A DNA stretch of 57,574 bases, the filler included, from Sphacelaria rigidula (taxonomy: Eukaryota): assembly GCA_964200075.2 (NCBI GenBank). It is 7 parts of 7 records of this genome, joined end to end, with 100 filler letters (N's around TTAATTAATTAA, not from the genome) between each part and the next. Parts side by side here need not be neighbours in the genome. Positions count along the whole stretch, not along the records: positions 24,719 to 32,857 come from CAXNAA020012152.1; positions 32,958 to 41,096 come from CAXNAA020012153.1; 5 more parts are not named here. One strand, written 5' to 3'. The position numbers and the translations under genes were made by a program. Below are positions 25,980 through 37,528 of the stretch, one piece after another. Position 1 is the stretch's first letter; the number at the start of each line of letters is the position of its first letter. The notes under the pieces were generated by a model, which had not been told where the DNA came from, ran no database searches, and saw only the letters and a program-made list of their open reading frames with translations.

Positions 25980-26690
25980 CTGTTTTTTTCATTTTTTCCG
26001 AAGGGGCGGGACCAAAACGCGGGCAGAAACGTGAGAGAGAGGAGTGATTCGGTCGGGTCCACTTTTGCCCCGATAGCGTACGCACGGAGCTATTTGTCGT
26101 TTGGAAGCATACGATTTTTCGTGGTCACCACACAGATCTCTGCATAGACAGGGGGGTGATATATGTGGCTGTATGCGCGGCTCAGTGCGTGCAAAAACTC
26201 CAAAAAATCTTCCGTCTTCTACAAATGTAAAATGCGATCGCCGCAACTACTGTAGATCGTGGAGTCTTTCATGTCGTATGACAACCAATCAAGCCCCTAA
26301 AGATGATGATATGCATCGTCACTGTCAGCAGTGCCCTGCCGCAGAGTGGTGTGCAACTAGCTGCCGCAATTGAGTGCACCGGAGTGCCCATCAGCTGCGG
26401 ATATGGCGCGCTACGGCAAAGCTCAGTGCCGCCGAAATCACGACTCCTGTTCGCTAGGACCCAACGATCATGCAATGATACCATGGATGCATCTCTAGGA
26501 CGTGTACTTGAAACAACCACCAATTTCAGCAAAGTTTGCAGCTGCCATCACCCCCGAGTGTGGGTTTCAAGTGCTACAGAATAGTAGAGCTAGTGGTGCA
26601 TGGAGGTGTGCCCAAACCTTCTCGGCACGACTCTAAATATTCTCTCCGAAAAATCTTTTCCGGCGCAAAATATCATCCACATGGGCTCGC

Positions 26691-26854
26691 CTTCAGCTTG
26701 AGCGCTCGGGCACTCGCGGACTGCTTTGTGCCATACGCCTGCTCAAGAAGCGCCCCCGGTTTTTTAGATGGAACTCCATCACCCACTCGCACCGCAAGCG
26801 TTACTGCCGAATAAACGGCGTGACAGGCTGGCACAGGAGCCTTGTAGATGTCGC
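26691..26854 (-). CDS. Ketopantoate-reductase-like gene, exon 7 of 8 seen
   Basis: ttgcacag|GC, phase 1. Encodes DIYKAPVPACHAVYSAVTLAVRVGDGVPSKKPGALLEQ...LKLK and ends AAG|gcgagc. Unspliced read-through would stop at 26673. Confidence 0.75.
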
Positions 26855-28217
26855 CTGTGCAATGAAAGATTAATCGGAGACGACAGAAAGTAATGGTAAC
26901 GGTGACTGTGACGGTTGGGGGGGGGGAGGGGGGAGTGCTCATGGTCTTGCATGCCGTCATCATATGAACATTGACATCGCGTGCGCGCGCGGGGGGGAAG
27001 GGGGGGGGGAGGGGGGGGGGGGGGGGCGAATACAATGTAATGCAAGCACTTGCATACCATGACGGAATGTGATGGTTACCACGGACCTCGCAAGACATCA
27101 CCAACATGGATTCTTCAACTAGGTTTCATTGTTGGGACCCCACGTCAATATGCTTTAGTGCGAGGAAGCATAACATGACCACCTTGTAGTGGGACTCAGT
27201 CTCGCGGTGGATCGGGTCTGACCTACCTGGAAGAGTAGTACGTGGTTTTTTATTTGATTGATTATCGCACTTTAACTGACCCCCCAGGGGTCCAGCCGTG
27301 GTCTCATGGTAGATATACCTGGTGCAAGCCGATTTCACCGCAATAAAGTTGGGGCATGCCTTGAAAAGCACTGCCTCCAAGAGGGGAGACCCTCGTAAAT
27401 GCAAGGTGTGTTCATGCTGAGGGGTCGTCATTTTTCAGCTTTCGAGTAAACGTGACAAACAAAATCATGTCCTTGAAAAGACGAAAAAGGGGTACTGAGC
27501 AATGCTACGGTTGGGGGTGCACGTTCCGTTTTTGGGCCTCTTTTTTGTAGGAGCCCAAATATATGGGGCTTACTGTGCAACTCGAATCTTCGGGGACCGG
27601 ACTCCTAGAAACATGGTGTTTGCACGCAGGGGCTTTTTCGTGAATCACCACCAGTTCAATATTCTTCAAGTAAAAATGATGCCGATTCTCTGCATGATCC
27701 GTCCAATACCCGAAGCAATCCCGAAAAAACGTTTTTGCGAAACAAGTGCAACCCCTACCGTAGCATTGCTCTACTGGGAAACGGTACTGCAACATCTTGT
27801 GTAGCGTCAAGGAGGCCCTTCGCTTCCTGTGAAACAACGCCATCTGGAGCAAGTGGTCACATGTCGACACACGCTCACCTCGAATAACACGGGCGTTAGT
27901 TACCAAGGCACCGAAGCGATGTTATCATGCTTGGCCTCAACCGTTACAGGGAAGTGAGATTCAGTCGATATCTGACACCGGTGACACGTGTCACCGTTAG
28001 CTAAAACAAAGTGAAACTTATATTCGTGATGTCTTTTGGTGCCACGGTTTTGTCACTACAGGTCCTAGATTATGGAAAAGGGCTAATGTGAGAAAACAAC
28101 AACAACAACAACAACAACAGCCTGAAACCACAAGCACAAGCACAGCAACAACTGTACACTCAACAAAGTGTGGTCATGTATGTAGGCACGACGAGGTAAG
28201 CCCCGTCGTTCTCGCAC

Positions 28218-28327
28218 CTGTCCGAACGATCTCTCCAAGGGTCCAAGCCACCGAAGTGTCTCGCCCTTGGGCCAAATCCGCTTGCATGGATGGTGCGAGG
28301 GTTGGAATAAAGCGTAGCACCAAGCGG
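28218..28327 (-). CDS. Ketopantoate-reductase-like gene, exon 6
   Basis: gggcag|C ... G|gtgcga, phase 2/1. PSMQADLAQGRDTSVAWTLGEIVRT matches the ApbA_C motif SSMxQDxxxGRxTExDxxNGxIVRxG. Confidence 0.85.
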
Positions 28328-28766
28328 CTGCCCGATACAGCGCGCGTTGTGCGCGAGTAAGGGGAACATGATGAGAGGAAACGCCGACGAAGCAAGCACA
28401 CAGATAGCGAACACGCGAGAGACGGGAGCCAGCGAGAGAGCGTGGCCGTCAGAAAGATGACAAAAGCGTACGGATACAGCGGCAGGGATACTGTCAGAGA
28501 GGGGGAAGGCAGGACGAAACACAAGGACGAAAAAGGGCAAAGAGAAGCGTTGAGAAACGCTCACGGTGAAGGCAAATCAATAAAAAGAGGCGTTCCGGGT
28601 GTGTACGTACGTGGATGGGTAAGATCTTCTCTTGATGCACCGCAGTAGTCCCGCTCAAGCCGGACAATCCCACAAGGTTGACGAGACTGTCAAACTGCAA
28701 GACCGCTACGAAGCGTGAAACGATTGCATCGAAACGCAAGTAGAGAAACAACACCCACTTACTCAC

Positions 28767-28885
28767 CTCACAAGGTCAAACAAGGGCGTGGGCAGGCAGA
28801 GGAGAAGCTCCAGTTGCGGCAGCGAAACCGGGCCGCAGGGGTTTGCCGCTCTCCAATCTCCGCCTCTCGCCGCCAAGGTTAACGC
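28767..28885 (-). CDS. Ketopantoate-reductase-like gene, exon 5
   Basis: ttggcag|GCG ... AG|gtgagt, phase 0/2. Encodes ALTLAARGGDWRAANPCGPVSLPQLELLLCLPTPLFDLV. Confidence 0.8.
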
Positions 28886-29743
28886 CTGCCAACAGGCGAA
28901 ATCCGCCACGTTATTAATAATGAAGACATGAAATTTTGCGCTGTGACTCACCAGCGCAGCATGGTGGGACCAACAAGAAACAAAATGAACCTCCGTAGGA
29001 CAAACATGCTCCCCAACCGGCGGAAAATGCACGCTGCAACGCAGCGGCAGCCACGTAAGTGTCATCATTGGTTCACCACAAGTCACCACTCGATCTGCAC
29101 TAGCACGCTAGTCGGACTCATTTTCTCTGATCCTTGTCCGACGGATGAGTGCCGAATGGGGCTTCAGGTACTCCGTCTGGCGACTTCTGCACGGGAGCTA
29201 CCCTTGCGAGCACTTCAAGCCGAGTCGCCGTGAACCCGGTACGGCGGATAAACGTCGCTGCGAATGAAGGAAGAGGGCCCAGACAGCGCCGTAAAATGGC
29301 ACATGTAGCTATTGAACGTCTCGCGTCTACATGTTTTCTTCTTTTTCGGCAGTCACACGTCTGACCCCTGTCTTTCCTGTGGATGAGCGTATGGCGTCAA
29401 GGGAGCTACCCATCACTATCCCCCGGTACACGCCTTACAATTTGGTACCACGGATTGGATCATGACTCATCAGCACCCCCGCGCCGCGTCGACTCTTCCG
29501 TTACGAAAACAGAAAAAAAAAACTACAATTTACTACTCCCGTCTTCACGTCTTCGACGGCAGGAATCAGATAACGTACGTTTCAGAGAAAAAACACAAAC
29601 ACATCTGCTAGGAATCGAAACCGTTTTTTTCTTCCGACCTGATGGGGGTTCCAGTTGTGCCGTTAGGGACGCAGTATCTTCAAAAAGTTGGGGATATGAA
29701 GACAGCAATCGAAGAGGTACAACATACATCTACCCGACTTTCA

Positions 29744-30118
29744 TGTGTGTGTGTGTGTGTGTGTGTGTTGTCGTCCCATTTATTCTGGATATCGGTCTAC
29801 ACCTTTCGGTATACGTGGGCGACCAGTCAGGGTCACACAGGAGGAAGGTCAACACAGGAGTTTTTTTTCTTTTTTATTTGTTATTCCTCCTCCACCTTCC
29901 TTCTGCGGTGCTTGCCTTTTATTTTTTATCGCGAGAGGGGTTCAGCAATTATTTTCCCTCGTCGACCGTTAGGTCGAACTTTGTATATCCACGCCATATT
30001 CGCTCTCCACTGTTGGGCATTGTGTGTGAGACAAATCAAAGATCGCTCCGAGATTCGAACCCACAACCCAACCATCAGAAGGTTTCGAGGTTACCAACTG
30101 AGCCACCGGGGCGACCAG
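29744..30118 (-). mobile_element. tRNA-derived SINE with a (CA)n tail, intronic
   Basis: On the minus strand: A box TGGCTCAGTTGG, B box GGTTCGAATCT, a ~280-nt body and a (CA)n tail. A second copy is at 51016-51497. Confidence 0.85.
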
Positions 30119-30191
30119 ATGCTTCCATCTATCGTGCATCCCGAATTCGCTGTAATGAAGGAAAAAAGAGACGCGCGGAATACTCACGCAC

Positions 30192-30325
30192 TTCGAGCGC
30201 CTCTCGGATCATCGCCGCCCATAGCAATCGAGCGCTGCGATCCCGAAGGAAATCTCGCAAAGGCAGGCCGGTAAGCGCTACCGCCGCATGACACGAGTTG
30301 AACACAATTGCTCCATGCGAGTAGG
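30192..30325 (-). CDS. Ketopantoate-reductase-like gene, exon 4
   Basis: ggcgcag|CC ... GAA|gtgcgt, phase 1/0. YSHGAIVFNSCHAAVALTGLPLRDFLRDRSARLLWAAMIREALE matches the WxKLxxN...ALTG...RE segment. Confidence 0.85.
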
Positions 30326-30596
30326 CTGCGCCGGTGGGTTGAGTGGGGGAGCGGGGAGCGGGGAGCACATGCAGTGGCCGAGGGTGACCGGAGCAGGAAC
30401 GGTATGAGGTGTGTGCTGCTGGGGAAATGTGGCGATCGCGGGAGCCTGGGGAGTGAGAGCACAACATGGTGCGGGACAACGGAAACGGTCATGACGACCG
30501 TGTGTTGCACTCACGAGCCACTACACTGGGACCATTTATTCTCGTTAGGGACAGGATAAGCGCATCCGGCCACCATTGCACATTTCGTGCACACGG

Positions 30597-30597
<1 letters not shown>

Positions 30598-30662
<65 letters not shown>

Positions 30663-30672
30663 GTTATTATTA
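30598..30672. repeat. (TTA)n microsatellite
   Basis: About 25 near-perfect units. Confidence 0.95.
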
Positions 30673-30954
30673 CGTTCGTCACATTAGCTCCATCTCTTTA
30701 ACCCGTGGTCACGGAGTGCAAGGAGCACACCACCCATACCCATGACTCAAACAGGCCGCAGAGGAAGGCAAGAATCAAAACATCTACACGAGAAAGGTCA
30801 CCTATACTACGATAGATCCGTTGAAAGCTATTTTTTCGTTGGGCTGCCTCCGAGCCTTTCTCATTTTCATCTCACCCCATCCTTGTTTCATAACCACACC
30901 TATATTCATCCGCAGTACCACCACCACCATCGCCATCACTACTACTGCTCCTAC

Positions 30955-30991
<37 letters not shown>

Positions 30992-31052
30992 ACACTACTG
31001 CTGCTACTCATAACAATAACATACCGCCTACACCGCTTGTCGTAAGGCTCAC

Positions 31053-31226
31053 ACGTGACATTTCTGCAATGCCGCAAGGGGATGCCGCCGCTGCGCAAGA
31101 GGTTGACGAATTTCACTCCCTCCTTTGCCTGTTTCTTGCTCAGCCGCTGCACCACCAGCGTTCCGCCGCCGAGACACTGAAGACACCGGGTCACGGGGTC
31201 CCTCGTCACGCTAATACCTACGGCTC
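31053..31226 (-). CDS. Ketopantoate-reductase-like gene, exon 3
   Basis: ttctcgcag|GA ... T|gtgagc, phase 1/1. Encodes AVGISVTRDPVTRCLQCLGGGTLVVQRLSKKQAKEGVKFVNLLRSGGIPLRHCRNVT. Confidence 0.75.
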
Positions 31227-31690
31227 CTGCGAGAACGCCCATGCCGTGGTTTGCCAGGCTGCGATCGGCGGGTGTGAAATTGCGTTGTGAGCCACGACCG
31301 AGGGGAAGTGCTTTAGCGTCGTCAGGCTAGAAGTGGGAGAGATGGAGTCTGGCCAGCACTACTACTATGGTACGGTTCGCACGTTGCCACCGGCGCGTGC
31401 ATACAGGGAAGAGCACGGAAAACAGCGCAACAGGAGGGTGCAATGAAGACGTCCACTTATAGGTCCTCCATTCGCCACGTTCAACGTTTCGAGAAGAGAC
31501 TAAAATGACCATCACCCACGACCGCGAGAGATATCCCCCTCGCCTCGAAGCAACTCACTGTCCAGCTTGTCACACAACTTGTACGCAGGCTGTGATCGAC
31601 CGGCACAGCAGTGAACCACATCACTCCGCAGGGAATTGAACCACAACCGTACGTGACCCTCGTTTCTCCGTATTTTTCTAATCGTCTCTC

Positions 31691-31958
31691 CCTCGATTAA
31701 GAAGTGAGGGCGTGCAACGGCGGAGGAAGTTACTGGCGCCGTTGCTTTTAGCGACCGACTTGCTGCACCCAACTGTTTTTCCACTGTCGCGTGGTTTCGC
31801 ACCCCCAAGTCGAAGCTGATGATGGCTACATCAGCCTCCGCATTGATCGCAGATGCAAGGGCCTGAGAGCAGGGCTCCGTGTCCGGCGGGTCGACACACA
31901 TCAACACCATGTTGCACTCCCCCAGCGATTTCCACTCGTCGCGATAGCATTCGCAATG
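31691..31958 (-). CDS. Ketopantoate-reductase-like gene, exon 2 (donor uncertain: exon end 31691 GA, 31658 GT or 31559 GT)
   Basis: gtatccag|CAT, phase 0. HCECYRDEWKSLGECNMVLMCVDPPDTEPCSQALASAINAEADVAIISFDLGVRNHATVEKQL corresponds to the DxVxxxVK and SLQNGxxN segments. Confidence 0.75.
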
Positions 31959-32535
31959 CTGGATACAAGGATCACGAAAACAAGAGGATAAAAGAGAGAG
32001 AGAGGGAGAGCCAGGTCGGGCAAGTTAGTCAGTATGAGACTGCCCGAAGATTTCGCCGTGGGCACGGTCGTGACGCGCGCGCCTGCAAGGCTGCACAATT
32101 CATGCAGCAAGCGCGGCGTTGTGCGAGACTTGCAGTTGTATCAGTCGCTATGACGACGCGAGCTCCCGGGGGGCTCTACCAGACAATCGTACGGGAAAAT
32201 TGGCGGCAGAATACCTGTATACCCACGGCCACCCCATAACCTCGTCAACAGAGCCGAACGCCGCGTGTACGGATAAGATCTTATGGATTCTGTTCGCGAC
32301 GCATGAGCTACAATAGCGCGCTGGAGAGTCAACTCCAGCCATCCACTGGGCTACATATACCTGCCGCCCAGTATCTTAATCTGCCCAATCCAAGGACAGT
32401 AAGCGCGTGAGTGTGGTACACAAAAACACCGCAGTCTAATCATCGTCTGTTACCACGGTAGCCTTCGCCTGCCTACGGGTCTGATAAAAAAAGTCGGCAA
32501 GCTCACACGGCGCACTACGCTCGTGTTCCACTCAC

Positions 32536-32660
32536 GTTCGGCGAGACAGGCTTATCGCCGCCGTACGGCACAGCCAAGAACTTGCGGTGTGGGGCAACAC
32601 GAGTGCACGTGGAGTTGGCGGCTTCTTCGCTGAAGGCGATGATTCGAACGTCGGAGTAGC
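32536..32660 (-). CDS. Ketopantoate-reductase-like gene, first exon seen (Rossmann GxGxxG exon off contig)
   Basis: ctggcag|GC ... AAC|gtgagt, phase 1/0. Encodes GYSDVRIIAFSEEAANSTCTRVAPHRKFLAVPYGGDKPVSPN. Confidence 0.7.
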
Positions 32661-32857
32661 CTGCCAGATGCAAGGAGGTGTTCACGAAGCAAATTGAAGA
32701 CGAGTGCGTGCCTCTTTTCTCAACAAGCTCTAACAACTTCAGGCATGGATACATATCCGAAGCTCATTATGAGAGAGGCAGAGGGAAGGAGGAGGAAGGG
32801 AGGGCGTGTACTCATGATCATACATGCCATAGTCATAAGATCATTGACCTCGCATCC

Positions 32858-32957
32858 NNNNNNNNNNNNNNNNNNNNNNNNNNNNNNNNNNNNNNNNNNN
32901 NTTAATTAATTAANNNNNNNNNNNNNNNNNNNNNNNNNNNNNNNNNNNNNNNNNNNN
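32858..32957. other. Artificial contig linker
   Basis: N44-TTAATTAATTAA-N44. Confidence 0.99.
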
Positions 32958-33316
32958 CCTAAGGGAGATAGCGCCAATACAAAATCTCTATGAAACTCCC
33001 GATCGATGCATATAGCGGATGGCGACGAATTTCGGTGTGGAGAACCACAAAAGAGTGGCGATAAAAAAAAAAATGGCCTTCATTTTTTTTTCATCATAGA
33101 GGTAAGGGCGTTTTCGTGAAGAAATGGTCTTTACCATGGTAGAACGCCCTAAACACATGAAAAAAAATGAAAAAAAATCAACCTGATCCACTGCTGTTTT
33201 GTTAATTATGCCTTAGAGAGCGCTCACACAAAATTTCAATACACGAAAACCAAACGTGGGCCGGTGAGTGGCCAGCGAAATACTGTGCTGAATTTCTACC
33301 GACCCGGTTTTTGATA

Positions 33317-33672
33317 GCCCTATGCTCTTTTATACATTTAGAGTTGGACCCTGAAATTTGGTATGGACAATGAATAGGGCATGAAAACAAATTACCTCGG
33401 TACCATTTTCTTTTTTTCATGAATTAAGGGCAATGATCAGTTTTCAGGTATCAGTAAAATACCTTCAACTTATGAAAAACGAAATGGTACCGACGTAATT
33501 TTTCATTCATGTATCAGTAAAATGCCTTCAACTCATGAAAAAAAAATGGTACCGAGGTAATTTTTCTTTCATGCCCCATTCATTGTCCACATCAAATTTC
33601 AGGGTCCAACTCTAAATGTATAAAAGAGCATGGGCCTGCAAACTTCAAATCCGCCTCTAGGCTGGCCCAGCT
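33317..33672. mobile_element. Foldback/MITE with ~110-bp inverted arms (Tc1/mariner-like, related to 49436-49583)
   Basis: atgctcttttatacatttagagttggaccctgaaatttg is mirrored at ~33593-33631. There is an internal ~62-bp tandem duplication. Ends taggctggcccagc. Confidence 0.7.
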
Positions 33673-33921
33673 CGAAGCAACGAGGAGGTGGAGTAAAGTT
33701 TATACTGAAATTCAACCTTTGTCTAGCAGAGCTTTCAGGCTAGGCGTTTATTGAAATGTCGCAAACGTGCCGGTGTTGATTTTGCTTATCGCGTGGCGTT
33801 GTATGATTCATCTACTGTTCATGTCTCGAGGTATGGCGTAGAGCGGCTCTTTTGTGTTGCGTTACGGTGGACATCCCTGCCTAGTGGAACAGATTTGTTG
33901 ACTCTTTAAAACAATTAAATA

Positions 33922-34690
33922 CAGTAACGTGGGGGGCGGGGCGGTAGAGCGGCAGCCCGGATAGCGAAATGCCCTAAAATACAAAGTCAAAGTCGCTTGG
34001 CACCAGTGAACCTCGTTTTTGCGGTATGTTTCCGCTATATCGGAAATGGCATAGCGGTAAATTTGCGCTATATCGGGACCGTTAATGTACTTGCGGAGCC
34101 CCCTCCTGCTGTAGACGCGCCAATATCAAACACACATACACACACCTCGTCGCCGCCGCCCACGACCTGCCCATTACACATCATACCATGCGTGGATGGA
34201 CAGTTGTGTAAACTTCCAGACGTGAAACTGATACCCCCGAATGTACGCGAGTGCGGACATGAGTGTCGCGGTGCATGTGATGGCCGCCGTTATGACATTT
34301 ATGGTGAGGCGGAGAACCCGGGCAGTGACTACAAGAACCACCGCATCTGCCACTCGTGCGCCGGCAAGCGAAGCCTCCCGAACCTGGCCAAGCACCGAGG
34401 GGGACACGGCTTCCTTCAACAAGACAAGTCGAAGAAGAAGAAATCCGCTGAAGCCATGCCGCGGAAGCGGCTCACTGTTGAGCAGAAACTTCAAATTGAC
34501 GTATTTTGGCCCAGAAGGCGGCGTACGCCGAGATGGCGCGCCGGTTCGGATGCGGCACAACCGGGATAGGATTGATCCAGAGAGAGCGGGCCCGAAGGAG
34601 GCCGCGGCGACTGCAATAGCTCAAGTAGTGCATCATCCGAGGTCTCGCGAGCAGGGTATTTCCCCGCGGCGATTTGATGACGAAATCGTA
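33922..34690 (+). mobile_element. pogo/Tigger-like DNA transposon, 5' fragment (Cys-rich N-terminus plus CENP-B-type HTH, frameshifted)
   Basis: TA|CAGTA left end. RKRLTVEQKLQI, then after a frameshift LAQKAAYAEMARRFGCGTTGIGLIQRER (psq/CENP-B N-terminal HTH). No DDE domain is present. Confidence 0.7.
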
Positions 34691-36082
34691 CAGTATTGCT
34701 CAAAGGCTTCATCTGCAGATGCATTGCTGCCCTGGTACTATACGTTCTACGCAACAACGTCGGGGGAGGATGGCGCTACTAACCGTAGGGTGTGCAAAGG
34801 ATTACTCGTTATTCATAACGCGTGTGACGGTTATCCTTAATAGCGGCAACAGGTATTGCTGCTACTAAGGCCCATTATCGTTGACATTGTTTTTTCGGAG
34901 ATCCCCGAGATTTTCGCACTTTTCCCCCTTCTTTTTGGGGGGGGAATATGCGTTTCGACTTTTCTGAAAATGAAACTGCTTGATTTTTTTCCCGAAGCTT
35001 CATTTTCAGAAAAGTCCGAAAACTCGGGCTGCAACGCAGCACTTCGGAGAGCTGCCCTGTGTGTACGCCGTTGCTCGTGAAAGCGTTCGAGAGTCACGAG
35101 GCAGCTTGCCAGTGACGCCCTGGACTATGTCGGAGAGTATAAAGCACCGTGGGTTGGCGGGAGTGGGGTCCTTAGGCCGGCGAAGGCGAGCCAACGACGA
35201 GATCAGCAATGTGTCCGTGATGAGAGGTGTAACAGCAACGGCACAACTGGATAAGAAGGAGTCATCTGGAGCTCTTCAAAATGTTGGGAATTCTCCAAAA
35301 CAACAGTTCTCCAATTATTGGGGCTAAGGAATAGCGACGTTCCGTTAATGGCGCCATAATGACCTTTTGTCACTACATGTCGCTGTATCGGGCCCCCCAT
35401 TGTAACGAAATTTGGGTGACTTGTACACCGCTGTCAAGCTCGAAGTTTCAAGCTTCTATTGGTGTGTAGAAGAAAAGGAGGAAAGAGTACGGCCCCGTCA
35501 AGCGCCTTGAAGCTGTGACAATGGGTAGCATGCGCTGATGAAAGAATCTCCGTCGTCACCAACGATGGATATCTATTCGTGAGGGTAATAATTTCATGAT
35601 GGATACCGCCGCGCGTCCGTCGGTAAGACCTCGACAAGACTTGGGCTACCGTATTGAAACACAAGCAACCCATCAGCGCTCTTCATTAGGAAAAAAATAA
35701 AAACAAGAGTTTATGGTTGATTCAAAACTCCCACTAAATAAGTAAATAGCTGACGGCGGCCAAACGTTTCACACATCAAGACTAAGTCCAGCTTGCGGGA
35801 CCGGTCTGCCCCCGAAAATCAAGTGCAATAAGGAAAACAACTAGTACTTCTGCTGCCGTCAGAAATTACCCTGGCCTACTATATTGCGGTCGAAAAAACA
35901 ACTGCTGGTGGGAATCCTCGCGTGCAAAGAGCACGAGCGAGGAGGAAAGGACTGAGATCGGACCCATCTTCACGCTCCAAACAAAATGCACTGCTATCCG
36001 CGACCTTGCGGGAAAACTTCTTTGAAAACGGTGTGTGTGGAAATCGCTTGTGATGATGGTGGTGGTTATGCAAAGCCGTCAG

Positions 36083-37211
36083 TTAATACTCGCTTTCGTC
36101 CAAGACGGCATTGACCGTGCGGATAATAGCCGACAAACCCCGTCGCCCCGAAGTTCGAGCATCATCCTCATTTTCCTTGGCTCGATTCTCCAGGGTCATT
36201 TCGTCCATCCCGGCTTCCATAGACGTGAGCATGTCATCTACTCTGCCCAAATCCGTACCACCCGCTGCGGCTGTGCGCAAGCCTCCAGTGCGACCACGAG
36301 CTCCGTCAGGGCTTTCAATACCGATACGATCTAGTTTGTGGTGGTGTGCCTTCAGCAGCTGGTACGGTCGACGGGGAAGCTGACGTGCGCGCGCCGCCGC
36401 GGTGTTTCGACCTATCCCAGCACGATCCTCATCACCACCTCCTGTCGTGACGGTGTTTTCAGGGCGAGCGCTCCCCCGCACCACTGCATGCACGTCCATG
36501 GACGATGTCACCGGATGCTTGAGGGTATACCGTAGGGCGGTGACAGCCATCCTGAGCTTCACGGGATTCCCCCGCACGATGGGGTCTACGGGTCCCTGCA
36601 GTAGACGCGTGGACATGCCGCCGCGTTCTAGGGTGGCGGTGGCTGCGTCGAATCCCGCAAGACCGCTACCGCTGGTTGTCGCTGCTTGTTCGTCGCCCTC
36701 CGTATCTCCAGTCGAGAAGAGTCCTCCTTCGCCTCGACGTTGTTGTGTCTCGATGTCACAATTTTCTTCGCCATATTGTGGCTCCCTCTCCACCCCCGTT
36801 AAAAACGTACGGCCCAGATCGTTCTTGCTGTTGCCGCGTCTACTGCTGCGGGCTTGTGGATTCTTGTTCCAGCGCTCCCGCGCGGTGCGCAGCGTCAGCT
36901 CCACTACACCCTCAGCCGACATCTGCTGCTGTTGCTGCTGTTGTTGGTACTGCCGTTCTTCCGGTGTTCCGCCGTCGGGAGGCGGTGACGATGACGGTGC
37001 CACGCGCGTCTCGAAGCTAAACAGCGAGGCATTGCCCCCATCCCGGAAATCGAGCGCAGAGGGAAGTCTCCCGTCGTCCACCATCGTGATACCGATATCG
37101 CTGTATAGGCGTCGGCCTGTTGTGCCTCCAGTGCCGACGCCGCGGGAAGAGCGTTTTCGGGGCATCTCCGTGATGACCTCGATCGGATTGCTCACCCACC
37201 CTTCTCGAACT
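36083..37211 (-). CDS. XRRA1: XRRA1-like LRR protein, last exon
   Basis: actacag|A, phase 2, completing Arg. Open for ~375 codons (VREGWVSNPIEVITEMP...poly-Q...MAVTALRYTLKHP...) to TAA. Confidence 0.7.
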
Positions 37212-37528
37212 CTGTAGTATGCACACACCCACATTCCCAAGTTCATGGTATTTCGAAACGAGCTGAAAGCATTGCATACAAATGTTGCGTGCACAAATTG
37301 TGGTAGTGGACCAGCGGTTGGCGCATGCCAGAATGCTACGGGCTGGCGTAGTAATGAGAGGATTTATCCGGACAAACACACGGCTTTAGCTTAATTGACC
37401 TATCATTTTTTCCTGAAGCAATGGTGATCAATTTGAAACAAATGCAGGCATCTTCGACATACATTTCACGCCTGAAAAGGCGGAACCTATCAATTTGAAC
37501 AGAGTTGAAGCACCTCGGTACCCCCTAC

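Noticed and set aside
27759-27826. Exon-like segment (cacag...gtaggg) inside the KPR-like gene
   Set aside because: At 68 nt it would break the phase-1 junction and hit a stop. The flanking exons join correctly without it.
30040-30118. tRNA gene (also 51420-51497 and 57429-57500)
   Set aside because: A/B boxes are present but there is no complete cloverleaf. The first two are attached to a shared SINE body and tail.
29383-31290. Long plus-strand ORFs (302, 210 and 182 aa)
   Set aside because: They are made of antisense SINE, microsatellites and the antisense of real exons.
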